A stretch of DNA of 62,998 nucleotides from an uncultured Erysipelotrichaceae bacterium (GTDB lineage Bacteria; Bacillota_I; Bacilli_A; RFN20; CAG-826). The stretch's first letter is position 1. Each line of letters opens with the position of its first letter. Below are positions 30,555 through 40,211 of this stretch, piece by piece. The notes below the pieces were generated by a model. That model was given only the letters and a program-made list of their open reading frames with translations. It did not search any database and was not told the DNA's origin. The position numbers and the translations under genes were made by a program. The DNA is taken from contig CACXNV010000003.1 in the NCBI GenBank assembly GCA_902769185.1, positions 1-62,998 of the forward strand, in the 5' to 3' direction.

Positions 30555-30621
30555 CAAATAAACGCTATTTTACTGCACAAAATAGGGTGTAAAATAGGCA
30601 GTAAATCTAGTGATTATGCAG

Positions 30622-30657
30622 AAAAAAAGCAAGGACACCAGACACCCTTGCTCTTTT
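30622..30657. terminator. Bidirectional terminator between convergent units
   Basis: A-run, AGCAAGG...CCTTGCT stem, T-run. Confidence 0.65.
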
Positions 30658-30658
30658 A

Positions 30659-30784
30659 CTATTTTATGTTGATTGGACCGTAGACATTGCCATTTTTTAG
30701 GTTTTCCATTGATTTATCCATCGTCTTCAATGTTTTCTTAGAAACCTTCAATGTATCCTTCTTCTTTTTGTCTGATTTTGACAT
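30659..30784 (-). CDS. 41-aa basic small protein (MSKSDKKKKDTLKVSKKTLKTMDKSMENLKNGNVYGPINIK)
   Basis: ATG 2 nt after the hit stop, preceded by AAAGGA; ends just before the terminator; below the ORF-track size limit. Confidence 0.55.
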   Translation of the reverse strand: MSKSDKKKKDTLKVSKKTLKTMDKSMENLKNGNVYGPINIK

Positions 30785-30786
30785 GA

Positions 30787-31197
30787 TTATAATTCCTTTT
30801 TAATTTCTTTTGCTAACGCTGGTAGATTAAGTCCTTCGGCGTTATTTTTCATCTCTAGGATAAATCCTTCTTCAGAGTTATAGCGAGGAATAACGTGGAC
30901 ATGGAAGTGCATCACTGTTTGTCCCGCTGCTGGATAGCAGTTAGTGAGTATATTCACTCCTCTAGCGCCTAGTAACTTTACTTCAACTTGACCAATCCTT
31001 TGAGCGACATCCATCACTTTATGCATTTCTTCTTGAGGAATAGTTAAGAAGTTGTCATAGTGTTTTTTTGAGACCACTAAAGTGTGGCCTTTAGTAACTT
31101 GAGATATATCTAAGAAGGCTAATACATCATTATCTTCATAGACTTTGTGACATGGGATTTCCCCATCAATGATTTTACAAAAGATATCTTTTTCCAT
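30787..31197 (-). CDS. hit: HIT family nucleotide hydrolase
   Basis: DIFCKII, GHTLV, HFHVH. Confidence 0.95.
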   Translation of the reverse strand: MEKDIFCKIIDGEIPCHKVYEDNDVLAFLDISQVTKGHTLVVSKKHYDNFLTIPQEEMHKVMDVAQRIGQVEVKLLGARGVNILTNCYPAAGQTVMHFHVHVIPRYNSEEGFILEMKNNAEGLNLPALAKEIKKEL

Positions 31198-31241
31198 AAT
31201 ATTTCAAACCTCTATTTAATTATATATCCTTTTTATAAAAT

Positions 31242-31272
31242 AAAAACCAGATACAATCTTATGTACCTGGTT
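31242..31272 (-). terminator. Intrinsic terminator of the lipoprotein pair
   Basis: AACCAG...CTGGTT stem with A-run on the plus strand. Confidence 0.55.
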
Positions 31273-31286
31273 AATTATTTTGTTAA

Positions 31287-33284
31287 TTATTCAAATAAGT
31301 CTGGATAATTACTCTTGAAGTAATCATAGACACTTTGATCGTGATAGACGATGTCCATCTTCTTTAACCAATATTCTTTACTTAAAGAAGAATAGCTACC
31401 GGTTTCAGCGACTTTAGTGGTGACTTCGGAGATGACTTCATTTAAGAATTTTTGTCCACGGGTGTTAGCATAGCTACCTTCGGATTCAGAATTTCTTAAT
31501 TTGACGTCTTTAGCAGCTTCGATGACTTGGCAGATATAATATGCACTTCCATCGTCATAGACGATATCGCTTGTATATTCACTACCAGCGTAGCTTCCTT
31601 CAAATTTGAGGAAGTAGCTGCCGTTGATAGAGCAGATGTATTTGTTTTCTGCTTTAGCTTTTTCTTCTCTAACTTCCCAGACACCTTCTTTTTTGACATA
31701 TCTATCAGTGGCGGCTAAACCAGTGACATTGTCAAATTTAAGGATTTCATCAGTGGCGTCTTTTGCTTCTAACTTGTTATTAGCAACTGAGAGTTGGAAT
31801 AAGTTAGATTTGATGGTGCCGTTACTATCTAATGATGGTCCGCTCTTTTGGACGTACCACCCTTTAGTAATCGCTTCGACTTGGCTTAAGGAAATTCTTT
31901 CTTGATCGAATCCTTCTTCTGGAGAAACAGTGCCACTAGAAGTGAACTTATTTCTTAAAGAGGTATCGATTTCTTCAAAGCTTTCAGCACTTAAGAATTC
32001 ATCATAGTCTTCAACTAAATCACCGTAGGTGGTGTTTTCATAATATGCTTTTCCTTGTTTAATAGCATATTTGAAGGCGTCAGAACGAGATTCATGAATT
32101 CTATAGATGATTTGATCAGCGTCCCAATAATGTTCATCTGCTTCGCTTGTAACAGGGGTGACTGTTGCTGGGTCATAGACTTTTAATCCTTTGGAGATTT
32201 CTTCATACTTTTCAAAGACTTCTCTAAATGGGTTATTAACTTCATCAACATAAGCGAGGTAATCACCAGTTGGCGCTTTAGAATAGATTTCTCTGACTAA
32301 TTGTTTGACTAATAAGTCAGCGTTAATGTGGAAGGAAGAATATTTTTCGATTTTGATAACGTTGATTAATCTTGCTCTAGATTGTTTGACCGCGTTACTT
32401 TCTTCATCTAATAAATATTGTTCGACTAATAAATCGCTATAGATTTGTGGAACGATTTCTTTTTCAATATATTGATATTTTTCTGTTCCAGCAGTTTCGT
32501 CTTGTTCTAAACCGAAGTTTGATTGATAGAATTCTCTATGAAGAATTCCAGCAGAGAATGCTTCATCTTCTTCAACAGTGTAATCAATGATTAATGGCTT
32601 AACAGCTTTAACTTCTGCATCGGTGTATTTTTTCACACTTTGACCAGCTTCATATAAAGATTTAAGATAATCAGCTTCTTTAAAGAAATGTTTAGTGGTA
32701 TAGGAACTACCAGATACTTTGGAGAACATATTCTCAGCGATTCTTTTTTCAATATCATCGAATCTAGAAGTCATTCTGATGATTTCTGAACTGCATGGAA
32801 TAAAGGTCTTATCATTTTCAACTTTACTCCATTTGCTAGGATCAGCGTCATCATCATTAATATGTTCGCCTTTGTCGTTATAGGTCCAATAGACTTTATG
32901 AGCTCTAATGAACTTATAGAGTTTTTCTAAATCTTCAGTAGAAGCATTATTGCTTCTAGCAATTTTGGTTGCTTCTTTTAAGGTGACACTGGTGTCGCCA
33001 TCAGCAAGAGCAACTTTGTTATAAGCACCATAGACACTTTGAGCGTATCTATATAAGACTTTGTCTAAGGTCTTACTTGGAAGGTCTCCATCGTGAAGTT
33101 GATCCGCAATAATCTTAATAATATTGTTATGAATTTCTTCGGTCTCATCATCGATGGTGATAATTGGGTCATTGTAGTTTGATGGTAAAGATTTAACTTC
33201 ATCAGTGGAACTACCACAGGCAGTTAAGCCTAAGACGCCTAATAAGGATAAAACTGCTAATTTAGGAAATTTCTTATTTAACAT
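31287..33284 (-). CDS. Large acidic lipoprotein, function unknown
   Basis: True start MLNKKFPKLAVLSLLGVLGLTAC (lipobox), SD AGGAGG, overlaps the upstream stop. Confidence 0.8.
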   Translation of the reverse strand: MLNKKFPKLAVLSLLGVLGLTACGSSTDEVKSLPSNYNDPIITIDDETEEIHNNIIKIIADQLHDGDLPSKTLDKVLYRYAQSVYGAYNKVALADGDTSVTLKEATKIARSNNASTEDLEKLYKFIRAHKVYWTYNDKGEHINDDDADPSKWSKVENDKTFIPCSSEIIRMTSRFDDIEKRIAENMFSKVSGSSYTTKHFFKEADYLKSLYEAGQSVKKYTDAEVKAVKPLIIDYTVEEDEAFSAGILHREFYQSNFGLEQDETAGTEKYQYIEKEIVPQIYSDLLVEQYLLDEESNAVKQSRARLINVIKIEKYSSFHINADLLVKQLVREIYSKAPTGDYLAYVDEVNNPFREVFEKYEEISKGLKVYDPATVTPVTSEADEHYWDADQIIYRIHESRSDAFKYAIKQGKAYYENTTYGDLVEDYDEFLSAESFEEIDTSLRNKFTSSGTVSPEEGFDQERISLSQVEAITKGWYVQKSGPSLDSNGTIKSNLFQLSVANNKLEAKDATDEILKFDNVTGLAATDRYVKKEGVWEVREEKAKAENKYICSINGSYFLKFEGSYAGSEYTSDIVYDDGSAYYICQVIEAAKDVKLRNSESEGSYANTRGQKFLNEVISEVTTKVAETGSYSSLSKEYWLKKMDIVYHDQSVYDYFKSNYPDLFE

Positions 33285-35382
33285 AGCACTCTCCTCCTTC
33301 TTTCCATAAGTCTTCATTACCTTTCTTGAATGAGAAGGCACATGTGGTTGGAACAAATGCATCTTTATACATACCTTCATCGCTTCTTAATTCGTTTTGA
33401 TTAATTAATTGCATGAGGTATTCAGTCCATGCTTTATTAATGGATTCTTCTTGAGAGAGTTTTGCACTTTCTCTAAGTTGGCTAATAGTTCTTTCGATAT
33501 TAGCTCTGATAACAGATTTACCTTCAACTTCATCAGAGAAGTGGATTCTATTTTTTAAGGCTCCACCTTCTAATGGGTAGTTAAGTAAGGTTTCATATAG
33601 ACGATAGTCATAAGCAGCATCGAAGTTGCTTGATTTAACGTCATTCTTGATAGTGTTTACACGATTTGTATAATAGGAGCTATCATTAACATTTTTAATG
33701 TTAACATATGTTTCATGATCATGATCATAATCTTTATCGGTTGGGATTTGAGCGGTGTAGTAATAATCCTCTAAAGATGTATGTGTCTTTAAGACAGATG
33801 CATCTGGATCAATAGAACCATCAGCTTTATAAACAACTTTTTCATAAGCTTTCTTATTAGTGTTTTCAAAGACTGATTTTCTCATTACCATGAAGTGGAT
33901 ACCAGCAGTACTTCTAACACCGATAACAACGTTACCATTGGTGTCACATAATACTTTCTTTGCAAATGCTGGATCACCTAATTTGCCTTCTTGGAAGTTA
34001 TTACTTTGTAACTTTAAGATATCTTCGTTATCAAAGTCATAAGTTTCGGTAGCAATTTTGTCATCACCAGTACTCACAGAGTCTTGTTTTAACAATTCAT
34101 TTGTAATAACAAATGGTGAACGGAAGTTTAAGAAAGCATTGAATAAAACGTTTCTTGGTAAGGAAGCTTGGCTACCTTCTGGAGAGAATGTACCAATCTT
34201 ATCTTCTTTAGCCATTAAACCAATTTGTCTAAAGACATCAAATGGAATAGCTGGTAAAGCAGTTTGTGGATTTTCTAAGTGAACGTTAACTTCTTCTAAC
34301 ATTGTTTCTTTAATTAAATCGACAACGTTTTCTTTAGTTTCCACTCTATATTCCACTCCAGTAACTGGATCAACTTCTGCCATGGTCTTTGTGACGATTT
34401 CAGCGTTTGAATCAATACCAAAAGCTTTATAGATGTTATCGTTAACATTAGCGGTTTCGGTGTTATTAGCACTTAAGATAGCGTCATAAGCATAAGTACC
34501 TAATTTGAATTCGTTATAGAATGAAGTTCTGGTGCTCATTAATTCGACATCACCATATTCACTGCTAGAAGTATCATCAGATAATTTAGCAGTTTCTTCG
34601 AAACTATATTGTCCGTCAACTAAGTGTCTGACAATATCCCATAATTTCTCAGCTTCTGATTCTGAGATTGTAGCGTGACTATAATCACCAGCATCAGCGC
34701 TTAATTTCACTAAGATGTGAATAACGTGATATGGGAAGACTGGTTCAACATTTTCAGTATCTGGTTCAATTTCTGTCCAGTCTTTAGTTAAACCGGTTGT
34801 TTGATCTGTAGTAGCAGACACTCCGATATATTCTTGTCTTAAGCCAACAACAGTGTCATCTTCACTTGTTTCAAAGTGCTTTTTGAAATACCAATCAGTC
34901 ATCGCCTCTTTTTCTAATTCGTAGACGTATTTTAATCTGAGGTTTTCTTCGGAATCGACATTGTTATTTTCTAAAATCTTTGCCCATTCATCCTCTGGTT
35001 CAGTGCCATTATTGGTGGCATTATCATTAGCGGTTTGTCTAGCTGCTTTGACTTTATCAGCGGCTTCTGACTTAATTCTGTTAAACTTTTTGAGATCAGG
35101 TTCTTTTGGATTCTCATCTGCGGCAAGTTTTGGATATTCGTATCTGATTAAAGATTCAAGGATGGCATTATAGTATTTGGTTGTACCATCTTTTCCTTCT
35201 CCAAATTCGCGATACAATTCATCCACATTGATTTCAATACGGTCAGTTGAACTGTTATAACCGATAAAATCAACAACAGATTTGTCACTTGGGGTAACTG
35301 TTGCTGCGTCTCCACAGCTAGTTAACGCAAGAGCGCCGATGAAACTAGTAACTAAACCGATAGATAGCTTACTTTTTTTCAT
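33274..35382 (-). CDS. Large lipoprotein with a split parvulin (PrsA-like) PPIase domain
   Basis: Lipobox LTSC; HVIHILVK, FEETAKLSDDTSS, GDVELM, STAGIHFM; lies near hit and yhaM like Bacillus prsA. Confidence 0.6.
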   Translation of the reverse strand: MKKSKLSIGLVTSFIGALALTSCGDAATVTPSDKSVVDFIGYNSSTDRIEINVDELYREFGEGKDGTTKYYNAILESLIRYEYPKLAADENPKEPDLKKFNRIKSEAADKVKAARQTANDNATNNGTEPEDEWAKILENNNVDSEENLRLKYVYELEKEAMTDWYFKKHFETSEDDTVVGLRQEYIGVSATTDQTTGLTKDWTEIEPDTENVEPVFPYHVIHILVKLSADAGDYSHATISESEAEKLWDIVRHLVDGQYSFEETAKLSDDTSSSEYGDVELMSTRTSFYNEFKLGTYAYDAILSANNTETANVNDNIYKAFGIDSNAEIVTKTMAEVDPVTGVEYRVETKENVVDLIKETMLEEVNVHLENPQTALPAIPFDVFRQIGLMAKEDKIGTFSPEGSQASLPRNVLFNAFLNFRSPFVITNELLKQDSVSTGDDKIATETYDFDNEDILKLQSNNFQEGKLGDPAFAKKVLCDTNGNVVIGVRSTAGIHFMVMRKSVFENTNKKAYEKVVYKADGSIDPDASVLKTHTSLEDYYYTAQIPTDKDYDHDHETYVNIKNVNDSSYYTNRVNTIKNDVKSSNFDAAYDYRLYETLLNYPLEGGALKNRIHFSDEVEGKSVIRANIERTISQLRESAKLSQEESINKAWTEYLMQLINQNELRSDEGMYKDAFVPTTCAFSFKKGNEDLWKEGGECYVK

Positions 35383-35566
35383 CTAATTGTTTCTCCTTTT
35401 TGAATACATAGCGAATATATTTTATATATCTTCGATTTTGCGCGCAATAATAATTTTAATTATTTGTCATGTGAGTATATACGCAAGAAACTCATTATTT
35501 ACAATTTTATTACTATATCGTTTGCATATTATTTTGCTAAAAATTACAATATTTCAGCATTGAGGT

Positions 35567-36394
35567 ATGAGCATGGCAACTTTAAAAATTAATGACCTAC
35601 ATGTCCAAGTTGAAGGAAAAGAAATCCTTAAAGGTGTCTCTTTTAGCATGTCGGAAGGAGAAACAGTAGCCTTATTAGGACCAAACGGACACGGTAAGTC
35701 CACATTATTTAACGCGATTATGGGTCATCCTAGATATAAGATTACTCAAGGTAGTATTTATTTAGATGACTTAGATTTGACAAATTTATCCACAGATGAA
35801 CGTGCTAGAGCGGGTTTATTTTTAGGATTACAAAATCCTGCTGAAGTTCCAGGAGTCATTAATAGTGATTTCTTAAGAGCCGCAGTTAACGCGACTAGCA
35901 AAGAAAGAATTTCAACTTATAAATTTTATAAGTTACTTGATAATGCCACTAAAGAATTAAAGATGCCATTTGATTTAGCCACTAGAAGTTTAAACGAAGG
36001 ATTTTCTGGTGGAGAAAAGAAAAGAAATGAAATACTCCAATTGATGTTATTAAATCCTAAAATCGCCATGCTTGATGAAATTGATTCTGGCTTAGATGTT
36101 GATGCGATTCAAACTGTCGCTGATGTGATCAATAAATTAGAGGCTCAAGGCAAGGGATTTTTAGTCATTTCTCACTATGCCAGATTGTTTGATTTAATTA
36201 AACCTACAAGAGTGATTGTCATAGTGAACGGAAAAATCGTTCTAGATGGTGATCCAAGTTTAATTAAAAGAATCGATCAAACTGGGTATGAATTTATTAA
36301 AACTGAACTCGGAATTAGTATCGAAAAAGAAGAAAGCAAAATGAATGAGGTCTCTATTGGTAGTTGCGCTGTTAGAGAGTCAATTAAAAAATAA
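35567..36394 (+). CDS. sufC: Fe-S assembly ATPase SufC
   Basis: GPNGHGKST, LNEGFSGGEKKR, LDEIDSGLD. Confidence 0.96.
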   Translation: MSMATLKINDLHVQVEGKEILKGVSFSMSEGETVALLGPNGHGKSTLFNAIMGHPRYKITQGSIYLDDLDLTNLSTDERARAGLFLGLQNPAEVPGVINSDFLRAAVNATSKERISTYKFYKLLDNATKELKMPFDLATRSLNEGFSGGEKKRNEILQLMLLNPKIAMLDEIDSGLDVDAIQTVADVINKLEAQGKGFLVISHYARLFDLIKPTRVIVIVNGKIVLDGDPSLIKRIDQTGYEFIKTELGISIEKEESKMNEVSIGSCAVRESIKK

Positions 36395-36396
36395 GT

Positions 36397-37170
36397 ATGA
36401 AGAAGATTATTGTAGAAGAAAATACTAACTTAGATTTATCCACTTTAGATAGTCAACTTTCTTTTGCTATTGCTAAAAGTGAATCTAGTTTATATCTACA
36501 TAATTTAAAAAGTGATAATGAGTTATCTTTTGAAGTATTAGAGAACGCTGTTTTATATTTATCAATCTTCTCTGACAAAGCTCTTGAAAACTGTAAAATC
36601 ACTGCAAATCTAGGAAAAAATTCGAAAATTGTCGTGTATTTTGCCGATTTTAGTGTTTCTAAGAATAAGCTTGATGCAACGATTAATTTAAATGAAGAAG
36701 GGGCAACTTGTGAGTGGCATTTAGCCTCTTTATCTTCTAAAAATGATAATAAGGATATAGTGGTCAATATCTATCATAATCACCCATCTACTTTTGGTCG
36801 AATTGATAATTATGGAGTGTGTAAAGATAAGGGACAATTAACTTTCTCAGGAATCTCCTATATTAATAAAGGATGTCACTTATCTAAATCTCATCAAAAC
36901 GCCAAAATTGTGGTCTTTGATAATGAGTGTGTCGCTAAAGCTAAACCAATATTAAAAATTGATGAAAATGATATCGAAGCAAGTCACGCCGCAACTGTTG
37001 GCAAAGTGAGTGATGAACACATATTTTATTTAACCTCTAGAGGTTTAAATCTAGAAGAAGCAAAAATGCTCATTACACTTGGATATTTAAAGCCTATTTT
37101 AAAAGGATTTAATGACTCTATTCAAAATGAGATTGATAGTCTTATTGAAAGGAGACTTTCTAATGTATAA
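36397..37170 (+). CDS. sufD: SufD (short form)
   Basis: PILKIDENDIEASHAATVG, FYLTSRG; operon position. Confidence 0.88.
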   Translation: MKKIIVEENTNLDLSTLDSQLSFAIAKSESSLYLHNLKSDNELSFEVLENAVLYLSIFSDKALENCKITANLGKNSKIVVYFADFSVSKNKLDATINLNEEGATCEWHLASLSSKNDNKDIVVNIYHNHPSTFGRIDNYGVCKDKGQLTFSGISYINKGCHLSKSHQNAKIVVFDNECVAKAKPILKIDENDIEASHAATVGKVSDEHIFYLTSRGLNLEEAKMLITLGYLKPILKGFNDSIQNEIDSLIERRLSNV

Positions 37171-38395
37171 GTTAGACGAAATTAGAAATCAATTTCCAAT
37201 GTTAAATAATAAGACTATGCAAGGTCAACCTTTAGTGTTCCTTGATAATGCTTCAACAACCTTTAAACCATATTCAGTTATTAAGGCAATCGAAGAATAT
37301 TATAGTGACTACACCGCCAATCATCATCGTGGTGATTATGATCTTTGTTATAAAGTGGATATGAAAGTCCAAGAAGTTAGAAGAAAAATTGCTAACTTTA
37401 TTAATTCTGAAGTTAATGAAGTAGTGTTTACTTCTGGAGATACTGAAGCTTTAAATTTAATCGCCTATGGATATGCTTTATCTAATTTAAAGAAAGATGA
37501 TGTTATTTTATTAAGTTTAGAAGAACATGCTTCTAATACTTTACCTTGGTATCGTATTTGTGAATTAACTGGGGCAAGAGTAGAATTTGTTGATTTAGAA
37601 GATAAAAAGATTACAGTTAACAAAGTTAAAGAGGCATTTAATAAATATCAAAATATTAAAATTGTGTCTTTTGCCCATGTTGGTAATGTCCTAGGCTATG
37701 AAATAGACGCAAAGAGCATTGCGAAAGTAGCTCATGAACATAACGCAATCTTTGTTTTAGATGGCGCTCAATCCGTGCCACATATTAAAACTGATTTTAA
37801 AGATTTAGATGTTGATTTTATTACTTTCTCCGCCCATAAAATGTGTGGACCTACTGGAATTGGTGCTCTAATTGGTAAATATGAATTACTCCAAAAGATG
37901 TCTTTATTTAAGACTGGTGGAGGAATGAACGTTAAATTTAATAAAAATATGGAAGTTATTCCTTTAGATGCTCCTAATAAATTTGAAGCTGGCACTTTAA
38001 ATATCGCTGGTATTATTGGTTTTGGTGCCGCGATTGATTTTATTAACTCTATTGGAATTGATAATATCCATAACTACGAATTAGAGCTAGCGGATTACGC
38101 TCTATCTAAATTAGAAAAATGTAAAGATATTGTTATTTATAACAAAGATTCTAAATCTGGTATTATCGCTTTTAATAGAGTGGGTGTTTTTGCTCAAGAT
38201 GAAGCTACTTTACTTAACTCTAAAGGTATTGCGGTTAGAAGTGGTCAACACTGCGCGAAAATGATTGATGAAGTGATTGATACAGTCGCTACTGTAAGAG
38301 CAAGTTTTTATTTATATACTTCTAAAAAAGAGATTGATGTATTCGTTGATAATTTAATTAATGGAGGAGATATTTTAGATGCCTATTTTAAGTAA
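37163..38395 (+). CDS. sufS: Cysteine desulfurase SufS
   Basis: FLDNASTT, EHASN, DGAQS, SAHKMCGP, RSGQHCA; SD AAGGAG before ATG 37163. Confidence 0.95.
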   Translation: MYKLDEIRNQFPMLNNKTMQGQPLVFLDNASTTFKPYSVIKAIEEYYSDYTANHHRGDYDLCYKVDMKVQEVRRKIANFINSEVNEVVFTSGDTEALNLIAYGYALSNLKKDDVILLSLEEHASNTLPWYRICELTGARVEFVDLEDKKITVNKVKEAFNKYQNIKIVSFAHVGNVLGYEIDAKSIAKVAHEHNAIFVLDGAQSVPHIKTDFKDLDVDFITFSAHKMCGPTGIGALIGKYELLQKMSLFKTGGGMNVKFNKNMEVIPLDAPNKFEAGTLNIAGIIGFGAAIDFINSIGIDNIHNYELELADYALSKLEKCKDIVIYNKDSKSGIIAFNRVGVFAQDEATLLNSKGIAVRSGQHCAKMIDEVIDTVATVRASFYLYTSKKEIDVFVDNLINGGDILDAYFK

Positions 38396-38810
38396 TGATA
38401 TGATGAGATCCATTATTATGGATCATTCCTCTAACCCAATGAATAAACATCTTCCTAAAGGGGAAGGATATGATAAAGTCCATATGCATTCCGATAACTG
38501 CATAGATGATTTAGATATTTATTTTAAAGTTGAAGGCGATAAAATCACTGATGCTTGTTTTGAAGGAGTAGCCTGTACAATTTCTTTAAGTAGTACAGAT
38601 ATTATGTGCGACTTAATTAAAGGAAAAACCAAAAAAGAAGCAGAATATATGATTGAGCAATATCAACATATGATGCATGAAGAAGATTTTGATGCGGACG
38701 TGCTCGAAGATGCGATTGTTTTTGTTAATACAAGTAAACAAGCTGCACGTATTAGATGCGCGACTATTGGCTGGAATGCAGCCTCTCAACTATTAGAGGA
38801 TAAAAAATAA
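38379..38810 (+). CDS. sufU: SufU sulfur-transfer protein
   Basis: IMDHS, NCID, GVACTIS, ARIRCA. Confidence 0.9.
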   Translation: MPILSNDMMRSIIMDHSSNPMNKHLPKGEGYDKVHMHSDNCIDDLDIYFKVEGDKITDACFEGVACTISLSSTDIMCDLIKGKTKKEAEYMIEQYQHMMHEEDFDADVLEDAIVFVNTSKQAARIRCATIGWNAASQLLEDKK

Positions 38811-40210
38811 TGGCCCCTAAAGATATTAAATTTCAAAGCGATTATAAATTTGGTTTTAAAGATGAAGATGTCTCTATTTTAAAAACGGAAAAAGGATTGA
38901 ATGAAGATATCGTTAAAAAGATATCTAAATATAAAAATGAACCTGATTGGATGCTTGAGTTCCGTTTAAAAGCTTTAAAAAGCTTTAAGGCTATGCCTTT
39001 ACCAAATTACGGACCAAATTTAAAAGATTTAGATTTTGATTCTTTTACATACTTTATTAGACCAAGTGAAAAAGAAGTGAAAAATTGGGATGAAGTTCCT
39101 GACACTATAAAAAACACTTTTGATAAATTAGGAATCCCAGAAGCTGAACAAAAATATTTAGCAGGTGTCTCCACTCAATATGAATCAGAAGTGGTTTATC
39201 ACAATATGCTTAAAGAAATCGAAGATAAAGGAGTTATTTTCTTATCTACTGATATGGCTTTAAAGTTATATCCTGATTTATTTAAAAAATATTTCTCTAC
39301 ATTAATTCCAGTGGCTGATAATAAATTCTCCGCGCTTAATGGAGCGGTGTGGTCTGGAGGTAGCTTTATCTATGTTCCTAAGGGAGTACATCTAGATAAG
39401 CCACTTCAATCTTATTTTAGAATTAATAATGAAAAGTCCGGACAATTTGAAAGAACTTTAATTATTGTTGATGAAGGAGCGGATGTTCATTATGTAGAAG
39501 GTTGTACCGCACCTACTTATTCTAAAGAATCGCTTCACGCAGCAGTAGTGGAGATTATTGTTCTTAAAGGCGGTAAGTGCCGATATTCCACAGTACAAAA
39601 CTGGTCCACTAATATTATTAATCTAGTTACTAAAAGAGCAGTCTGCTATGAGGATGCTTCTATGGAGTGGATTGACGGCAATATCGGTAGTCAAGTAAAT
39701 ATGAAATATCCTGCTTGTATCTTAAAAGGTAGAGGGGCAAAAGGAACTTGTATTTCTATTGCCGTTGCGGGAGCGGGACAATATCAAGATGCTGGAGCTA
39801 GAATGATTCATGAAGCTGAAGATACAACTTCTACAATCATCTCTAAATCTATTGTTAAAAATGGGGGAGTTGCTAATTACCGTGGAACGGTAAGACATAA
39901 AGCAAATGCTAAAAACTGCCGTAGTCACGTTGAATGTGACACGCTTATTTTAGATCACTTATCCAAGAGTGACACCATTCCTAATAACGAGGTACATAAC
40001 AATACTTCTTATATTGAACATGAAGCTACTGTAAGCAAGATTAATGAAGACCAATTATTCTATCTTATGAGTAGAGGTATCTCAGAAAAAGACGCCACTC
40101 AAATGATTATTATGGGATTTATTGAACCATTCTCTAGAGAACTTCCTATGGAATACGCAGTTGAGTTAAATCAACTTATTAAGATGGATATGGAAGGAAG
40201 TGTCGGCTAA
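38810..40210 (+). CDS. sufB: Fe-S scaffold SufB
   Basis: [34 protein letters not shown]. Confidence 0.97.
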   Translation: MAPKDIKFQSDYKFGFKDEDVSILKTEKGLNEDIVKKISKYKNEPDWMLEFRLKALKSFKAMPLPNYGPNLKDLDFDSFTYFIRPSEKEVKNWDEVPDTIKNTFDKLGIPEAEQKYLAGVSTQYESEVVYHNMLKEIEDKGVIFLSTDMALKLYPDLFKKYFSTLIPVADNKFSALNGAVWSGGSFIYVPKGVHLDKPLQSYFRINNEKSGQFERTLIIVDEGADVHYVEGCTAPTYSKESLHAAVVEIIVLKGGKCRYSTVQNWSTNIINLVTKRAVCYEDASMEWIDGNIGSQVNMKYPACILKGRGAKGTCISIAVAGAGQYQDAGARMIHEAEDTTSTIISKSIVKNGGVANYRGTVRHKANAKNCRSHVECDTLILDHLSKSDTIPNNEVHNNTSYIEHEATVSKINEDQLFYLMSRGISEKDATQMIIMGFIEPFSRELPMEYAVELNQLIKMDMEGSVG

Positions 40211-40211
40211 T

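Noticed and set aside
33285-33380. Listed N-terminal extensions (also 496, 1568, 37112, 47830, 57403)
   Set aside because: Downstream ATGs fit better with SD sequences, signal peptides or operon coupling.
36397-38810. Short SufD and atypical SufU CID motif as signs of decay
   Set aside because: The SufD C-terminal core and the SufU Cys/Asp ligands are retained in an intact operon.
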